A stretch of 64,000 nucleotides of DNA, taken from contig OZ024746.1 of NCBI GenBank assembly GCA_964016885.1, forward strand, positions 22,754,001 through 22,818,000, in the 5' to 3' direction. The position numbers and the translations under genes are program-made. Every line of letters begins with the position of its first letter. Positions within the stretch are counted from its first letter, which is position 1. Under the pieces are notes generated by a model that did no database searches, was not told where the DNA came from, and was given only the letters and a program-made list of their open reading frames with translations. The DNA comes from Eledone cirrhosa (Eukaryota). This document shows, in pieces, positions 25,060 to 39,014 of the stretch.

Positions 25060-26102
25060 ATACATACATAGAACTCCTGGTCAAAGGAGGCAAAGGAGCA
25101 AGGTGAAATAAAGTGTCTTCTTTAAAGACATAAGACGTCGCCTAGTCTGGGAATTGAACCTCGTAACCTCATGAATCCAATTCCCTAGCTATTAAGAACC
25201 AGGGGCAGTTTCAGACAGCTTGCTATCAAAGGGGTTAGTCTACAGGAATTCTGTGCTTTGATCCCAGATTACTTTAATAGTATTGAAAATAAAGAAAATG
25301 AAAATAACAATATAATTAGATATTACACAGGAAATAATAATCTAGTTTTAGGAGCAACACCTGTTTACTGAAGCAACTTGTACATTTGCAATATATTGAC
25401 ATTTCACGTTATTGTATGTCATACTAGAAGATATTTCATAATTATATAACATAGCCATCAGCTTTAATTATTAAGAACAATTAAGATAGATACTTTGGCT
25501 GTGATGTAGTAGAACCATTAGAAAGTTGTCTCTCTGTACGCCATGTTCAAATTCCACCAAGGTCAACTTTGTCTTTCAACCTTTCAAGCACCTGTCCAAT
25601 ACTGGGATTGATTCTTCCTCTATATCTCTTTCTTTATTTCTCTAGAAATAATTGTTTGTGTTCCCATCCAATGAATTATGGGATCTACCAGATTTAAAAT
25701 ATCCATGACCTGGTTGGGTATGCCTTTACAGGGTGCCTTTACAACTCCACAAAGAGTGAGAGATCGATAGATTAATTAAATTATCTCCAATTATTTCCTT
25801 TCTAAGTACAAAGTGTATTCACAATACTTTTACTTGTTTTAATGGGGACAGTGAGTAAAAAACGTCTGGAAACCACCGTTCCGTCTTTATCTATTGATAA
25901 TAAAATAACTAATAAGACCCAGGGGTGGACCCTCATCAAGATGGCTGGCTAACATCCATGAGCTTGACTAGTCTCACATGGGGATCCAGCTGGATCAGTT
26001 GGAGACTGTTGCTTCTAACCAATACTTATTTTATCAATCTCTCTTTTGTTGAACTACTAAGTTACAGGACATAAACACAAACATGAACACACTCGTGTGC
26101 GC

Positions 26103-26159
<57 letters not shown>

Positions 26160-26954
26160 TGTGTGTGTCTGTGTGTGTCTGTGTGTGTCTGTGTGTGTGT
26201 GTGTGTGTGTAGTAAATTTCATTATATCCCATTATAATCCCTGGCAGAAGAGACTGAAACTGCCACCAGTATGTTGTGACACTATCTATGCCATTATCTG
26301 CAAGCTCAACAAGACAACTAGTTATCTGTGTAATTTTTTTTTTTAAAAGAATGATTTCATTATAAACCTGACAAAGTTCATTACAGTGAGAAAAAGAGAA
26401 GGAAAGGTATAAAATATAATCCAGAAGTTTAGACATTGTTCTGTGAAAGATAGGAACGAAAATATGTCCAGTTGAATGACATGATGCTCCTCTTAGGTTT
26501 GCACTTGGAAAGTTCCTCTCCAAGCATGAACCAAAGCAATGTGTTATCTAGAATACCAGGAGTTGTTCATTAATGCATGTCTCCCCCTCACCCCACCACC
26601 AATGTAGTCCAAGGGAAAGGGAAAGTCTGATACAACTGGGCACCTAGGTCATTGTAACTTATATATACACTATATGTACACTATATACACTGTTGTGCAA
26701 AGGAAAGGCAATGACTGATACAGCTTGATACCAGTGTTGCAGCTTGTGGACTGGAGCAATGTGAAATAAAATGTTGTTCTCAAGGATCAGTCTAGGAATT
26801 GAACTTACGACCTTACAATCATGACCTAAACACTCTAACCACTAGACCTTTACAAAGTAGGAATCAAATAGAATAAATCAATTAAAATAAACAAGAAAGA
26901 AAATATCTATAAAGAAATGTTGGATATAGCCCTTATACATTAAATATACATTGC

Positions 26955-27170
26955 GCGTCCTATGAATAGGGGATAATATACCTGTAAGACCTGCAATGTC
27001 ATGGTTGTTAGCTGGTGGGAAAATATGAAAGGGTAGGCCAAATAAGACCTGGAGATCCACTCTAAAAGATGACTTGTGCAGGTGTGGTACAAACACCAAC
27101 CCTTGCCAAGGACAGATAAAGAATGGAAGATCATAGTGGCCTATTGCCATGAGACTGGAGGAACTAGATG
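26955..27170 (+). mobile_element. Degenerate RTE-like LINE 3' fragment
   Basis: Remnant GRPNKTWRSTLKDD...LAKDR*RMEDHSG. Confidence 0.55.
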
Positions 27171-27981
27171 ACCAGATACATTAAAACTATAAAGAAGTGT
27201 TGAATATAACCCCTCATACATTAAAATAGTTTACACAGCATGGATGAATAGTTAAAAAGTTCACTTCACAATCATAAGATCTTAGGTTTGATCCCACTGC
27301 ATAGCACGGTGGGCAAATTACCATTTACCACAGCCTTAGGAATTGTCTAAAGTCTGTCTCAAATCCAGAGGCCAGTACTTATCCTGGTTTCCTTGGCATT
27401 AAGTGACTGACAGTACAAGACACCAGTCCATCACAGAGTCAAATCTCTAGTTATCGCTGCTGGTACTCATTTTCAGCTGAGCATACTAGACCAACATGAA
27501 ATGAAGTGTTTAACTCAAGAACACAACACACAACCCAGTCCAGGAATTGAACCTATAATATCATGATTGTAAGTCCAACATCCTAACCACTAGGAACTGG
27601 GTAAAAGGAAACTGTTTAAAAGCTCAGTAATTTAATTATTTGTGTCTGTAATTCAAAGGTCCAGACTCTGTATAATGCTGAATATCCCCAAGAATTATAT
27701 TAAGCATATACATGTCTGTGGAATGCTCAGTCACTTACACTATAATACAACATAGACAGTACCTGTAATTCAAATGGACAACCTTATTACACACTGTGCT
27801 GAATCTCCTTGGGAATTATGTTAGTGTATACATGTCTTTAGAATGCTCGGGCACTTGCACTAGATAGACTGTATCTGTAATTCAAAGCAGAAACTTTGTC
27901 ACACTTAATCTCCCTGAAAATTACATTAATAGTTAATGTTTGTGGGATGCTAGGCCACTTGCATTATAATTTCATGAGCAA

Positions 27982-28227
27982 AGGGCGGATTAGTAGTATC
28001 GGTGGAGCATCGGACACTATGCTTTGTAGCATCGGTGGAGCATCGGACACTATGCTTTGTAGCATAGAGTTATGGCCATTTACGTTCTGAGTTCAAATCC
28101 TGCCGAGGATAGCTTTGCCTTTCATCCTTACAAGATCGATAAAATAAAGTACCTGTCATGCACTGGGTTCAATTTAATCGACTTTCCCCTCTCCCAAAAT
28201 TGCTGGCCTTGTGCCTATATAGGAAAC
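27982..28227 (+). mobile_element. Same SINE family nested in an older SINE
   Basis: 20-bp TSD CATTATAATTTCATGAGCAA and an internal duplication of about 33 bp. Confidence 0.85.
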
Positions 28228-30215
28228 CATTATAATTTCATGAGCAAGCTGTTCTATTGATCGAACAATAGCGACACTCATACTAAGATAACCTTTACAT
28301 ATGTTGCTGTAATTATTGGTTATGTACTCAAATGTCCACAAGTATCAATTCTGAAAATTTAGCCTATATTATCGATTAATTAACTTTTTTCAATCTTATA
28401 TGTTGTAGGATTGTTTAAATACACAAAGCATTAATAAAATTCAACTTGTAATTGCTTTCCATTGAAAAGAGTCTAGTCACTCCCACTTGAGCTGACTATT
28501 GTCTTATTCAAGTAAATTTAATTAAAAAGTACAAAAACAACGACAACAACAACAAAAAACAACATATAATATATGTACAGGATAGAAAAAGCCTTCATCT
28601 ATAATTATTTTGGGTTAGCCATTTATTCTTATATTCATATTCATCCATCAGCTGTGATGTGTAGTCCTACTAGAATAATATGGGTGCTGTTGTGGGTATT
28701 TTAAGACGGGTTAACCCATCTTCCTCCATGTCTGCACACAGTTCATTTGAGAGAGAGAGAGAGAGATTGATAAAGGATCAACACCAGTACTGGACTTGTA
28801 CTTTATTTATCAAGTGCTGAAAGGTTTTGAACTTGGAGAGCAGAGAGTCATAACAAAGATTGCAATATTTTTTCTTCTCAATAACACTATACTATTCTTT
28901 ACTTTATATCACATTATCTAAAATACTTCTGACTAATATCTAATACATTTCATCTCTAATGAGATGTCTATTGTTTCTTTTCATTAAGTTTCATCAATTA
29001 TGAAATAACTCACAAGTGATGGCTCTTTGGCAATATTCCTACCTTTTCCTGTCAGTAGGAAATACTATGATCCTTGGAAAAGACGAAAACCTCCTGTGGA
29101 CATTGTAATACCGGAATAGACTGTGATGCTCAAGTACTAAATAACATCTACTTGAAGTATGAAACAATTGAAATTCCTGTTTTCTCTCACTCCCATCTGA
29201 AACATCAAACGCTTCACAAAACCGCCACACTACACCATATATCACTAAACTTTATTGAAGTAAATTGAGATTTTAATCCTTTTTTATGCCAAAATCTCTC
29301 TGGTTTTATCGAACAAAATGACCTAATTTAAAGTGTTTACATTTGGCTGGTATTCCAAGAAATTTATAATTGTAATAAAAAGATCTAGCTGCTATTTCTA
29401 GCATGCTGTGTGACAGCAGTAAATATCATGCTGAAGAAAGTCGAATTACTGTATTACTTACATATAAGCCAATCCAAATATAAACCAATCTCTCCCTACC
29501 CCACCTCATTTTATGTTTGAGAAATGGATAAAAATCCAAACCCTGTGTATAAGTCAGGGCAGCTAATCAACACATGTTTAGGGGCCACAGTTTTGTAAAT
29601 TCTCAGGTGTGAAGAATATTTTTATGACGTTTTAATATTTATATATTTAAAATGTTTAAGTGTCATTTAGAATATATTTTTTGTTTCACAACTCCATTAC
29701 GCAATAATTTTTTAATATATTTCATCCATTTTATAAAGTTTCAACAAGTTTCTCAAATTTTGTTTGCTTCCAGCAACTCATACACTGGGAGAAATTAAAC
29801 TGTAAATAAAGAGTATAGGGTGCTAAAAATATTCTGTAAAAATGCTTCTAAAATATATTAAAGCAGTGTTTCATTGTAGAGGAACCACTCCAGATATTTG
29901 GCACTTTTTTTTAACATAAATGTTGAAATTGGTGAAAATGAGTACATAGTTGCCCTCGAACATAAGACTACTACTCATTTTATCATCGATTTTTTTTTTA
30001 ATCACATATTTCTTGTCTTATATATGAGTATATATGTATTCTGACTTGCACTCTTCGAGAGGTTGAAATAGAGAGTAACCAAAAGTGGAAGTCCGTATAG
30101 AGCTAGTAAGCCATGAAGTATCTAGTATTTCTTACAGTTGAGAGACAAAAAAAAAAAAAATAGACAGAGATAAGTGAAATAAAACAACAACAACAATAAT
30201 TGAATATTTACTTAC

Positions 30216-30347
30216 TTCATTATTAGAGCCAGTTCTTTTAACTCTAAAAAAGATGAGAACAGCTACGAGAGGTATTAGCTCCCATACAGTTAACACTGTA
30301 GTGAATGACAGGTAAGCCTTGCCTTTACTCAAGTTGATCATATCTGC
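30216..30347 (-). CDS. GPR137: GPR137-like coding exon 5
   Basis: ttgTAG acceptor, 132 nt. Encodes ADMINLSKGKAYLSFTTVLTVWELIPLVAVLIFFRVKRTGSNNE (compare ADL...VLFVWELLPTTLVVYFFRV). GTAAGT donor. Confidence 0.93.
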
Positions 30348-33300
30348 CTACAATGGGAGTTGTAAAAGAACAAACATAAGAGATAATATATATAAACAGA
30401 TATCAATATTTCACTCATTTACCTAGCAAAAGTCATAAGAGAAAACAAATGTCATATGTTGTATCCTCCCCACCGCCCAAAAGGGAACTAACCATTCATT
30501 ATCAGTTAGCTTTGCCTTCCATCCTTACGCAATCGATAAAAATAAAGTATCAGTAATGCACTGAAGGCGATTTAATCCCCCCCCCCCCCCCCACCAAAAT
30601 TGTTGGCCTTAAGCCTAAATCAGAGACCAATATTTACTATCAGTTACCTATAATTAAACATGTCTTAAACATTACCTATAGGGATTGGAAGTAAAATGAT
30701 GATAATATAGTTAACTGTAATTAAGAATTCATTAATCACTTACAATCAGACACATATAATTAATAGTGATTAATTATTTATCATCAGATACTTATAATTA
30801 GTAATTTATAAGTCACTTATCAGATACCAATAATTATAAATATATTATAAATTAATTAATTATGAGCAGAAATCTATAACAACAGAACATGACATATTTA
30901 GGATTGAAATCAAAGTTTATATTGAGACCAATGAAAACACATGACTTAGTGGTTAGAATGTTCAGCTCATAAGTGTAAGGTCATGAGTTCGATTCCTGGC
31001 TATGCATTGTGTCATTGTTCCAGTCCACTTGTAATATAAAGAGACAGACATGGTCTGGTGAAGAGGGCAAGTAGAACCCCTGCAACACAAAAACAAGAGC
31101 TGTTAAAAGGGTGGATGAACTGCTCAGAGTCAATGGCCATCTACTCCAGCTATGGGTTAAAAAGCCTCATCAACCCACAATTGGCTAAGGGTGGTCTGTA
31201 CGGCTACACCTCTGATATGTCAAAAATCAAAAAGAAAGGTCAACCAGGGAGGGCTTCCTCCAACAGGAGTGAACATGCCCTGAATTGGATTGGTATCATG
31301 GTAAATATGTAAAGTGAAATTACTGAGTTAGGGTAAATTTACTTTTGAAATGTTGCCACTGGGGAAATAGGACAAGAAAGGTTAGGGAATCCTGTATTAA
31401 ATGATATAAGATTACATTTTGTTTAAACTTCTTTCAGGGGTGGATTAAATTTGTATGGGACCCCTGCGTGAAAATTACATTGGGGTCCTTGTGTATTATT
31501 TATGGTAGCAATAAAATTAATCTGAGGTCCTTTAAATATCATCAGCCCCCTGGCTACACCCCAGCCACCCACCTCCACCCCAATCTGCCACTGATTACCA
31601 GGGTGGAATTTGATCTCGAAACTAATTTATTTGATCATCTATTGGATTTCTTGTCATACATTCATATTGTGAATAATTGTGTTCTCTAAGACCATCTACT
31701 AAAACAGAAGGGAGACTGATGAACCATCTACATGGACAACCAATCTGCTAGAAATAGCTAAATCTCTCACAAGTTACAATCTTACGTCTTAAAAAAAGAA
31801 AGGATACATTAGATAATATAGTCTAGTGTACACAATGACTGATAAAAGATGGGAATGCCTTTGATCATATGTCTGATTGACCATGTATGACTTGCAGCTA
31901 AACAACAACAACTGAATCCAACCAATGCTTACTACCTCCAACATTGTTATTGATTGAAAAAACTTGCTTCAGTAGATACTTTCAACAAGGAAAAATATAT
32001 TGTGTTGAATTAAAGGGTTTTATATTCAAAGCAGATTAAGTAGTCTTATATGTTTCTTGAGGCGTATTTTATTAAAGGATTGCTGACTGAGTAAACATCA
32101 GTGAAAACATCTAAGTGGCCGATTTCTGTATAACCAATACAACTTCTTTATTGATTTTTAAAAAGAAGATGCAGAAAATATTAGTATATTGATTTCTAAT
32201 AAGAAAAATATGGCAACTGCATTTCTCTCAAACAATTCCCAATAAATTAATATGAATTTTAATTAAGATTTAATATCACGTGGGCAATTATCTAAAAAGT
32301 AAACAAGTTTCATTTTGTAATGAAGAAAACTGAAAGAATATAATAAGAACAATGCAAGAAAGAATCCATTTTGAAATTATAAATATATGGGAAGTGATTG
32401 TTAAGCATTCTTTAATAAAGATTCTGCAATTATTCTGGAGTCAACAATAATTGTCACATCTTAATATGATAATCGATAGGATATTGTTGATAAATATGCC
32501 CTGGATTAGTTTCAAACCCTCTTTGAGCTGTGCAGATGTGAAATCATAATCATAATGTTATCAATCGTTTACCTCAAATACATTATGTTGCCCACACTTT
32601 TACCCATGATTTTACCAACAAATCACTTTATTCATGATTTTGCCCACATTTTTACCATCAGTGGAATTTTAACTCAGAGAATTTAGAGCTGAAATGAATA
32701 CCACAAAGCATTCTATCTGATGTTCTAACAACTTTGAAATTCACCACCCATCAGAGCACAGTAAGCTGTTACAAATATCTCTAACAGCTCTTGACAATTT
32801 GCCACCTAAAATACACAAAAGAATCTATTAAATCCATTACATTTTTTTCCTTGGGTGTCAACATTTTCATCCCATTATAAACTACAGTGGGATTTTGTTA
32901 GTGATCAGGTCAGAAATAGTATAGTGAAATTTGTAACACCAAGAAATAAATCATAATTGTAAAGTAAATTTTACAGTTTTTGTGTATTTTTTGACTGGTT
33001 AAAATAACTCTTCAACAATGTAATCATTCTAATTTCAACTTATGGTTTCAGATCATGTCACTAAAATCATTTTATTCCCAAAATACAATATCACCATACC
33101 ACCAAATATCTTTCTATTCCTCACATAACTTAAACTTCTGTCAGTTTTCTTTGAATACTAAATTTAGGAAATGTATAATGTTATGTATGGTTGCTCCTGT
33201 AACACCTGAAGGAGTCATAGAAGCGATATATTGACATACATTTCTGGGGAATTTTAAAACCTGGCAGAGTCCATCTCCTTTCTAGATCTGAATACAACAG

Positions 33301-34676
33301 AGATATTCCCCAGAAGGATAGAGAGTGAAAGAATGGAAGTGAGAAAGGGATATAGAGGAAGAATCGACCTCAGTACTAAACTGGTACTTTTTTTTATCAA
33401 CCTCAAATGGATGAAAGGTGAACTTGATTGGCAGGATTTGAATTCTGAGAACAAACATTCTATCCAACGTTCTAATGACAATCAATTCACTGCCTAATAA
33501 TATTATGGCAGATGTACAAATATTAACTCTCACCATCATTGAATAAAAAATAGGTTTGTTAATTCAAATATTTATAGTGTCTTTACTAGTGGACAGATTG
33601 TTGTGAAAATTTGTAATATTAGTATTAAGACTTTAGTTTTTAATGTGATGCCATCATAGTGTTGTTTTATACTTTACATGAATGGCTTGCTAATGTGGTT
33701 TCATGCAGCATAGGTTGTTATGTGGTAAGAGACACAGTATTTATTATATATTATGGTAAACAAATAATGTTTATAGTACAAGATTTAAGATAATAGCTGA
33801 TAGAGTATACATAAGATCTCAATGCAGTAGATGTAAGGACATTTTTAACATTTTACTTTTTGAAACTAGAGCAATAATAGTTTCCTCATTGACCTAATTA
33901 AGCTGAAATTCAGGTACTTCAAATAAGGTGAACATTCTAATAGGGCTTCTGCAAAATTATTTGTTTATAATTTTAAAAAATTGTACTAACTTTATATGGT
34001 GTTATCTCATCATACAAAGCTTTCCAAACAAAGGGTTGGGAGGACCCTTCAGTTAAGTGAAAGGTCATGACAACCTCTCCCATTCACTCGGTAGAATTGA
34101 GACAGCACGTAAGCAAGATGCATATCTCTGGCCTTTTTGGGAGATCAGTAGCCCCCACTTCAGTACTGAATTGGTCTATGTAGACCTGTCCCACCCTTGC
34201 TAGCATGGAAAGGGGATGTTAAAACACTGATGATGATGATGAATTGAATTAAATAAGGTTGTGAGTTAGATTCCAAGCAGCACATTGTGTCCTTGAACAA
34301 GACACTCTATGTCACATTGCTCCAGTATACTCAGCTGGCAAAAGTGAGTAATATCTATAGAGGAAGGGGCTAGTCATGTCACATATAGTATCATGCTGAA
34401 TCTCCTTGAGAACTATTACATTAAAGGTGCATGTGGATTGCTCAGCCACTTCCACGTTAATTTTATAAGCAGTTTGGAGAATTGGAACATTCTTTGTTGG
34501 AACCAACATAGGCCAATACACAACACATACACGCAGTGAAGGAGGTATTTTGGATAAGGGCCAAACCACTTGCTTGAGAGGGCTTTCTTCTCTGAAGACC
34601 TTCTGCTATCCACCTCTCCTGAGGGTTTCTTATCACTAGGCATGATCGAATGTTTAAGAAGTCTGCATTTCACTTA

Positions 34677-34861
34677 CAAGGGTTGGCTGAAAAGTCATAG
34701 GCTGACTATGAAGGAGTAATGCTAGAGCTGTGAAATCTTTTCAACTCTTCTTATTAATAACTGCATTGTTTCTTTCCAGGAACTATGTTGAAAAATAAAC
34801 CTCATTCGGTCATTCCATGAGAGTTTTTTGATCAGTCTATGAACTTTTCAGCCGACTCTCT
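34677..34861. mobile_element. mariner-like MITE
   Basis: TIRs CAAGGGTTGGCTGAAAAGTCATAGGCTGA / TCAGTCTATGAACTTTTCAGCCGACTCTC with TA flanks. A second, truncated copy lies at 2367-2519. Confidence 0.75.
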
Positions 34862-35174
34862 TATGAGGTTTCATGTTTGATTCCACGGGTGGGATTTGGG
34901 GAAAGGGTCTTTTTCTACCACTTCAAGTTGAATAAAGTCAATATGTGAAATTGAGTAGATAGAAACTGAATGGCAGCCCACCAAATGGATTGTAACTGTA
35001 ATTCAGTGTCACATATTGTGTCGAGCTGACTGTACCTAGAAATTGCATTAAGAGCATATGTGTCTATGGAATACTCAATCATTTACATGTTAATTTAATG
35101 AGTCAGAAGTCCATTTGATTGACATTTAAATCAATGGCAGATCCATCAGTGAATATATTAAATATGATATTCAC

Positions 35175-35387
35175 TGGGTGAAGAAGTGCCAGGGAATCCC
35201 AGTGGTAAGAAACCACAGTAGAGGTAGACTAAGGAAGACCTGGGCAGAGATGGTGGAAACTGGTCTCAAATCGCTGAAATTCACAGAGGATATGGCAAAA
35301 AGAACATGATAAGTGGAGAGATGTTATGCTGAAAAGGACCCATCCAACCCATGCAAACGTGAAAAAACAGATGTAAAAATGATGATG
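35175..35387 (+). mobile_element. RTE LINE 3' end (older copy)
   Basis: Colinear with 22155-22370 and ends GTAAAAATGATGATG. Confidence 0.75.
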
Positions 35388-35443
35388 CTTGCAATCCCTG
35401 AAAAAGTGTGGATCTGTGAGAATCAGTGAAATAATGTACTTAC

Positions 35444-35593
35444 TTGATCAGAAACATCAACCCAACCATACCCAAATCTCGGACTGTGTCCTTTCAAGGT
35501 AGGCATCACTGCAAGCATATTATAGAGGGCTCTGGAACCATACATGATGAGGACGAATATAGATACACCGACAACAGTACATGTTGATATTGA
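35444..35593 (-). CDS. GPR137: GPR137-like coding exon 4
   Basis: tttttCAG acceptor, 150 nt. Encodes SISTCTVVGVSIFVLIMYGSRALYNMLAV...FGYGWVDVSDQ (compare LYTSRACYNL...FDYDWYNVSDQ). GTAAGT donor. Confidence 0.93.
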
Positions 35594-35726
35594 CTGAAAA
35601 ATAGGACAACAAAGCGAGAAATGATTATACCAAAGTGAGAAGTATATCTTGCATGGTCATAAATTGTCAGAAAAGTAAAATAAACCACATTATTAAAGCT
35701 GGTAAAATCTACCACCAGGGCAGTGA

Positions 35727-36155
35727 GTGGATTGGCAGTATCGGTAGAGTGTCAGACAACATGTTTTGTGGTATAAAGTTATGGCTCTTTAGGTTCTGAG
35801 TTCAAATCCTGCTGATGTTAGCTTTGTCTTTCATCCTTACGGGGTTAATAAGATAAAGTACCAGTAATGCATTGGGGTCGATTTAATCGACTTTCCCCTC
35901 CCTTAAAATTGTTGGCTTTGTGCTTAAATCAGAAACTATTATCATTATTATTATAGGGCGATGGATTGGCAGTATCAGCAGATAGTCGGGCGCCATGCTT
36001 TGCAGCATCGAGTTATGTCCCTTTTTCGGTCTGAGTTCAAATCCTGCCGAGGTTAACTTTGCCTTTCGTCCTTACGGGGTCGATAAAATAAAGTACCTGT
36101 AATGCACTGGGGTAATTGCTGGCCCTGTTCCAAAAGTAGAAACAATTATTATTAT
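35727..36155 (+). mobile_element. Two tandem SINE copies abutting the exon 3 donor
   Basis: Same head and core. The ATT tail ends about 17 nt from the splice donor. Confidence 0.85.
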
Positions 36156-36172
36156 AAAATTGTAATCCTTAC

Positions 36173-36407
36173 CCTAGCTTCCAGGGAACGTTTTGAAATA
36201 GGAACTTTGGAGAGTTTGACAATGACAATAATTAAAAAGGAAGCTGTAGCCAAAAACAATCCGTCATTGATAATTACTCGTGCGTACAAATACTCAATCA
36301 TCACAGGTTTATTCTGTCTCTGGGCCACCAACGTCAGTGTAGCAAACGTAATGTTGATCACAAAAAACAGAGTAGCGGCCACACCAAGCATTAGATTTGA
36401 TTGATTT
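36173..36407 (-). CDS. GPR137: GPR137-like coding exon 3
   Basis: tttatttAG acceptor. Encodes NQSNLMLGVAATLFFVINITFA...ARVIINDGLFLATA...KLSKVPISKRSLEAR (compare GPR137B VRVAINDTLF...KISKMSLANIYLESK). GTAAGG donor, phase 0. Confidence 0.92.
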
Positions 36408-36829
36408 CTAAATAAAGAGAAAATAAAAACGTATGTCAGATATGCAAATGTTTATAAAATAAAATTAGTTAGAAAATATAAAATGCAGCAACGACTTCAC
36501 TATTTTTTAATATATATTGATTTAGGACAGTGTGTTATTGAAGATTGTTGCTAGTACGTGTGAAAAACTATCTTTAATCCTCAGTTTTAAAATAAGTAAA
36601 ATTATGATATAAAGCACAAATTGATTAACTATAACTCTCCCTTTTATATAAAGAACATCATTGTTCTGGGTTAAAAGAAATTGTTATATTAATTTAGTAA
36701 AGCGAACTAATTTATTAAATCTAAAAAACTACGACTATCAATCGCAATCGAGGATGACTTTGTATCAGTGTGTTCCATGCGTTCCCCTCTCTTCCCACTC
36801 TCTATTTCATCTTCTTTTCTTATTCTATA

Positions 36830-36861
36830 TTCTGATGAAGGACTAGTGTCCGAAACGTAAA
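36830..36861 (+). ncRNA. Minimal hammerhead motif, antisense in GPR137 intron 2
   Basis: CUGAUGA-A-GGAC(UAGU)GUCC-GAA-ACGU-A. Stem I is only 2 bp. Confidence 0.55.
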
Positions 36862-37505
36862 GCGTTAAACTAATACATTTCTTTGTTGTGTTGTTTCTGT
36901 TTACTTTACACACACACATACATACATGTATGTGGGAGGGAATACTATTTTGTGTAGTTAGTTTATAAACAAAAAGTTAGACGAACATAATTTATAATTA
37001 AAGTATATTTTCCAAATATATCGAAGTATGTTAAAAGAAATCCTTCTCCCATATCTCTCCATTTTCACTCCCCGCCAGAAAAACCACAGCCGTGATTCAT
37101 ACAATTCGCCAGAAAAGCTATGCATAAAAGTTGAAAATACTGCAGAAACATATAAATTGCATTATTCTAAGTCACGAAAATAATTTTTAAAACATAATAA
37201 ACAAATATTATCCGTGTTGATATTGTATGAGCGAAGAACTGGTGGGAAAACAGTCGACAGACAGACAGAGAGAGAGGGGGAGGGGAGAGAGAGATAGAGA
37301 GTGGGGAGAGGGGGGGGAGAGGAAGAGAGAGAGAGGAAGAGAGAGAGAGAGGAAGAGAGGGAGAGAGAGGGGAGAGAGAGAGAGGGGAGAGAGGGGGGAG
37401 AGAGGGAGAGAGAGGGGAGAGAGAGGAGGGGAGAGAGAGGGAGAGAGGGGAGAGAGAGGAAGAGAGAGAGAGAGAGAGAGAGGAAACAGAATATGGCGTT
37501 GTTAC

Positions 37506-37546
37506 TTTGTGATCGTCTGGTTAACTTCGTGTCCTTTCAAATATGC
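37506..37546 (-). CDS. GPR137: GPR137-like coding exon 2 (41-nt micro-exon, absent from the ORF track)
   Basis: ttttctatttctttCAG|GCATATTTG...ACAAA|GTAACG encodes AYLKGHEVNQTIT(K). Phase 0 in and phase 2 out exactly bridge exons 1 and 3. Confidence 0.82.
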
Positions 37547-38192
37547 CTGAAAGAAATAGAAAATAAAATAAAAGAAACGATCAAACATAAAAAAATATTC
37601 ATCATCATTATCATCACGTATGTATCTCCTCCTTTCTCTCTCTCTACACACACACATAATCATACATGGACAACTTTTTTTGAGCAGAGGGCCTCATGAG
37701 ATTTATTTCATCATAAGGCGGGCCGCACTACAAAATATATTCATTTTGCGTAATAGTAATAGTAATTTTGCGTCAGACGTGCCAATCAGGAAGTTGTGCA
37801 TTACACTATTACTATATTTGCTGGCCTATAGGACGCACTTTAAAAACAAAAGTAAACATTTTAAAAAATCTTCCCTGTGTCCAATGCACCCATATCACTG
37901 ATGAAAAGCCGATCAGAGAGAGAGATGAGGACAATCAAGGTTTTAAAAAATTAGTTTGTATTACTATTAGTACTTCTAATACAATGCAATTTATATAACC
38001 AAAATGATGTCGAAAAAACAATGAAATAATTTTAATAAGTTTATGAAGAAATGTACGAAAATTCTTTTTCTCTCAAAATGTCCTTGTAAAACTAGGGGGC
38101 ATCATATACGAAAAGGCATCCAATATCAAGCAAATATGGTAATTTCAATCGTTGTACCAGTAGATAAGTCAGTTAAAGAAACAAGATATATT

Positions 38193-38971
38193 TGTAGCGA
38201 AATCTATCCGCGCCTTGAACCTTGAGTGACACCTAAAGATCAAATTCTAGGTCAACACCCTTTTGGTGTGATCAAGTTCATGCGTGGGCTCTCCCCTCAG
38301 GTTGGGGGGAAGGAAGTGACAGCTATATATAGAGCCTGTATCAAGCTATTTTAATCAGATAAATCGGAGCATTACACCTATAACAAACTATGTAAGGATT
38401 TACTGCTATCAATAGACCCCAAGGGTCTACAGAGCCAGAGACATCGGAGCATTACGCTAGCAAATAACTATGTAAAGATTCACCACTATCAACAGACCCC
38501 ATGAGGTCTACAGATACACCCAGAGCGATTGGAACCCTACTACTACAGAACACAAATGTGGAAGATTCACCGCTGTCTGCAGGCCACAGTAGTTCACAGT
38601 TACGACAGACCATAACAGAGGTATACAAACCATATCTCTCTCTCTTACTAACTACGGTCTCACAACTACTACCACGGACTCCAAATTCCAACAACAACAA
38701 TTATCTGTCGCTCGCTGTTTTCGCACCAACAACAACAACAGACTACAACAGCATCACATCAACAACAAAATAATATTGTCAATCTTTGCAACTTATGGTA
38801 ACTTGTTTATTGTACCTTTTTAATTGATTCACGTGAAGTAAACTATATATAAACCAAATCATTTATTCTTTATATTTTCGTTATTACTCCTATTATTATT
38901 ATACTTGTTATAATCATATCTAAATAACCACATATAATCATCTAACTTTTCATTTTTAACCCTTCGTTAAA
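38193..38971 (+). mobile_element. Possible solo LTR
   Basis: Starts TGTAGCGAA and ends TTCGTTAAA (7/9 inverted match). Flanks are TATT/TATC. Contains a TATA-like CTATATATAG near 38323 and internal repeats of about 80 bp. Confidence 0.35.
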
Positions 38972-39014
38972 TATCTACTAGTATTTCAGTCACACATGTA
39001 CAAAAGTAACGTAG

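Noticed and set aside
29008-29200. Possible extra GPR137 exon between exons 5 and 6
   Set aside because: The candidate acceptors I tried hit stop codons in phase 0 before the donors, and there is no GPR137 similarity.
37227-37699. Arg/Glu/Gly-rich ORFs on the plus strand
   Set aside because: They come from a (GA)-rich microsatellite. The real exon here is the 41-nt minus-strand one.
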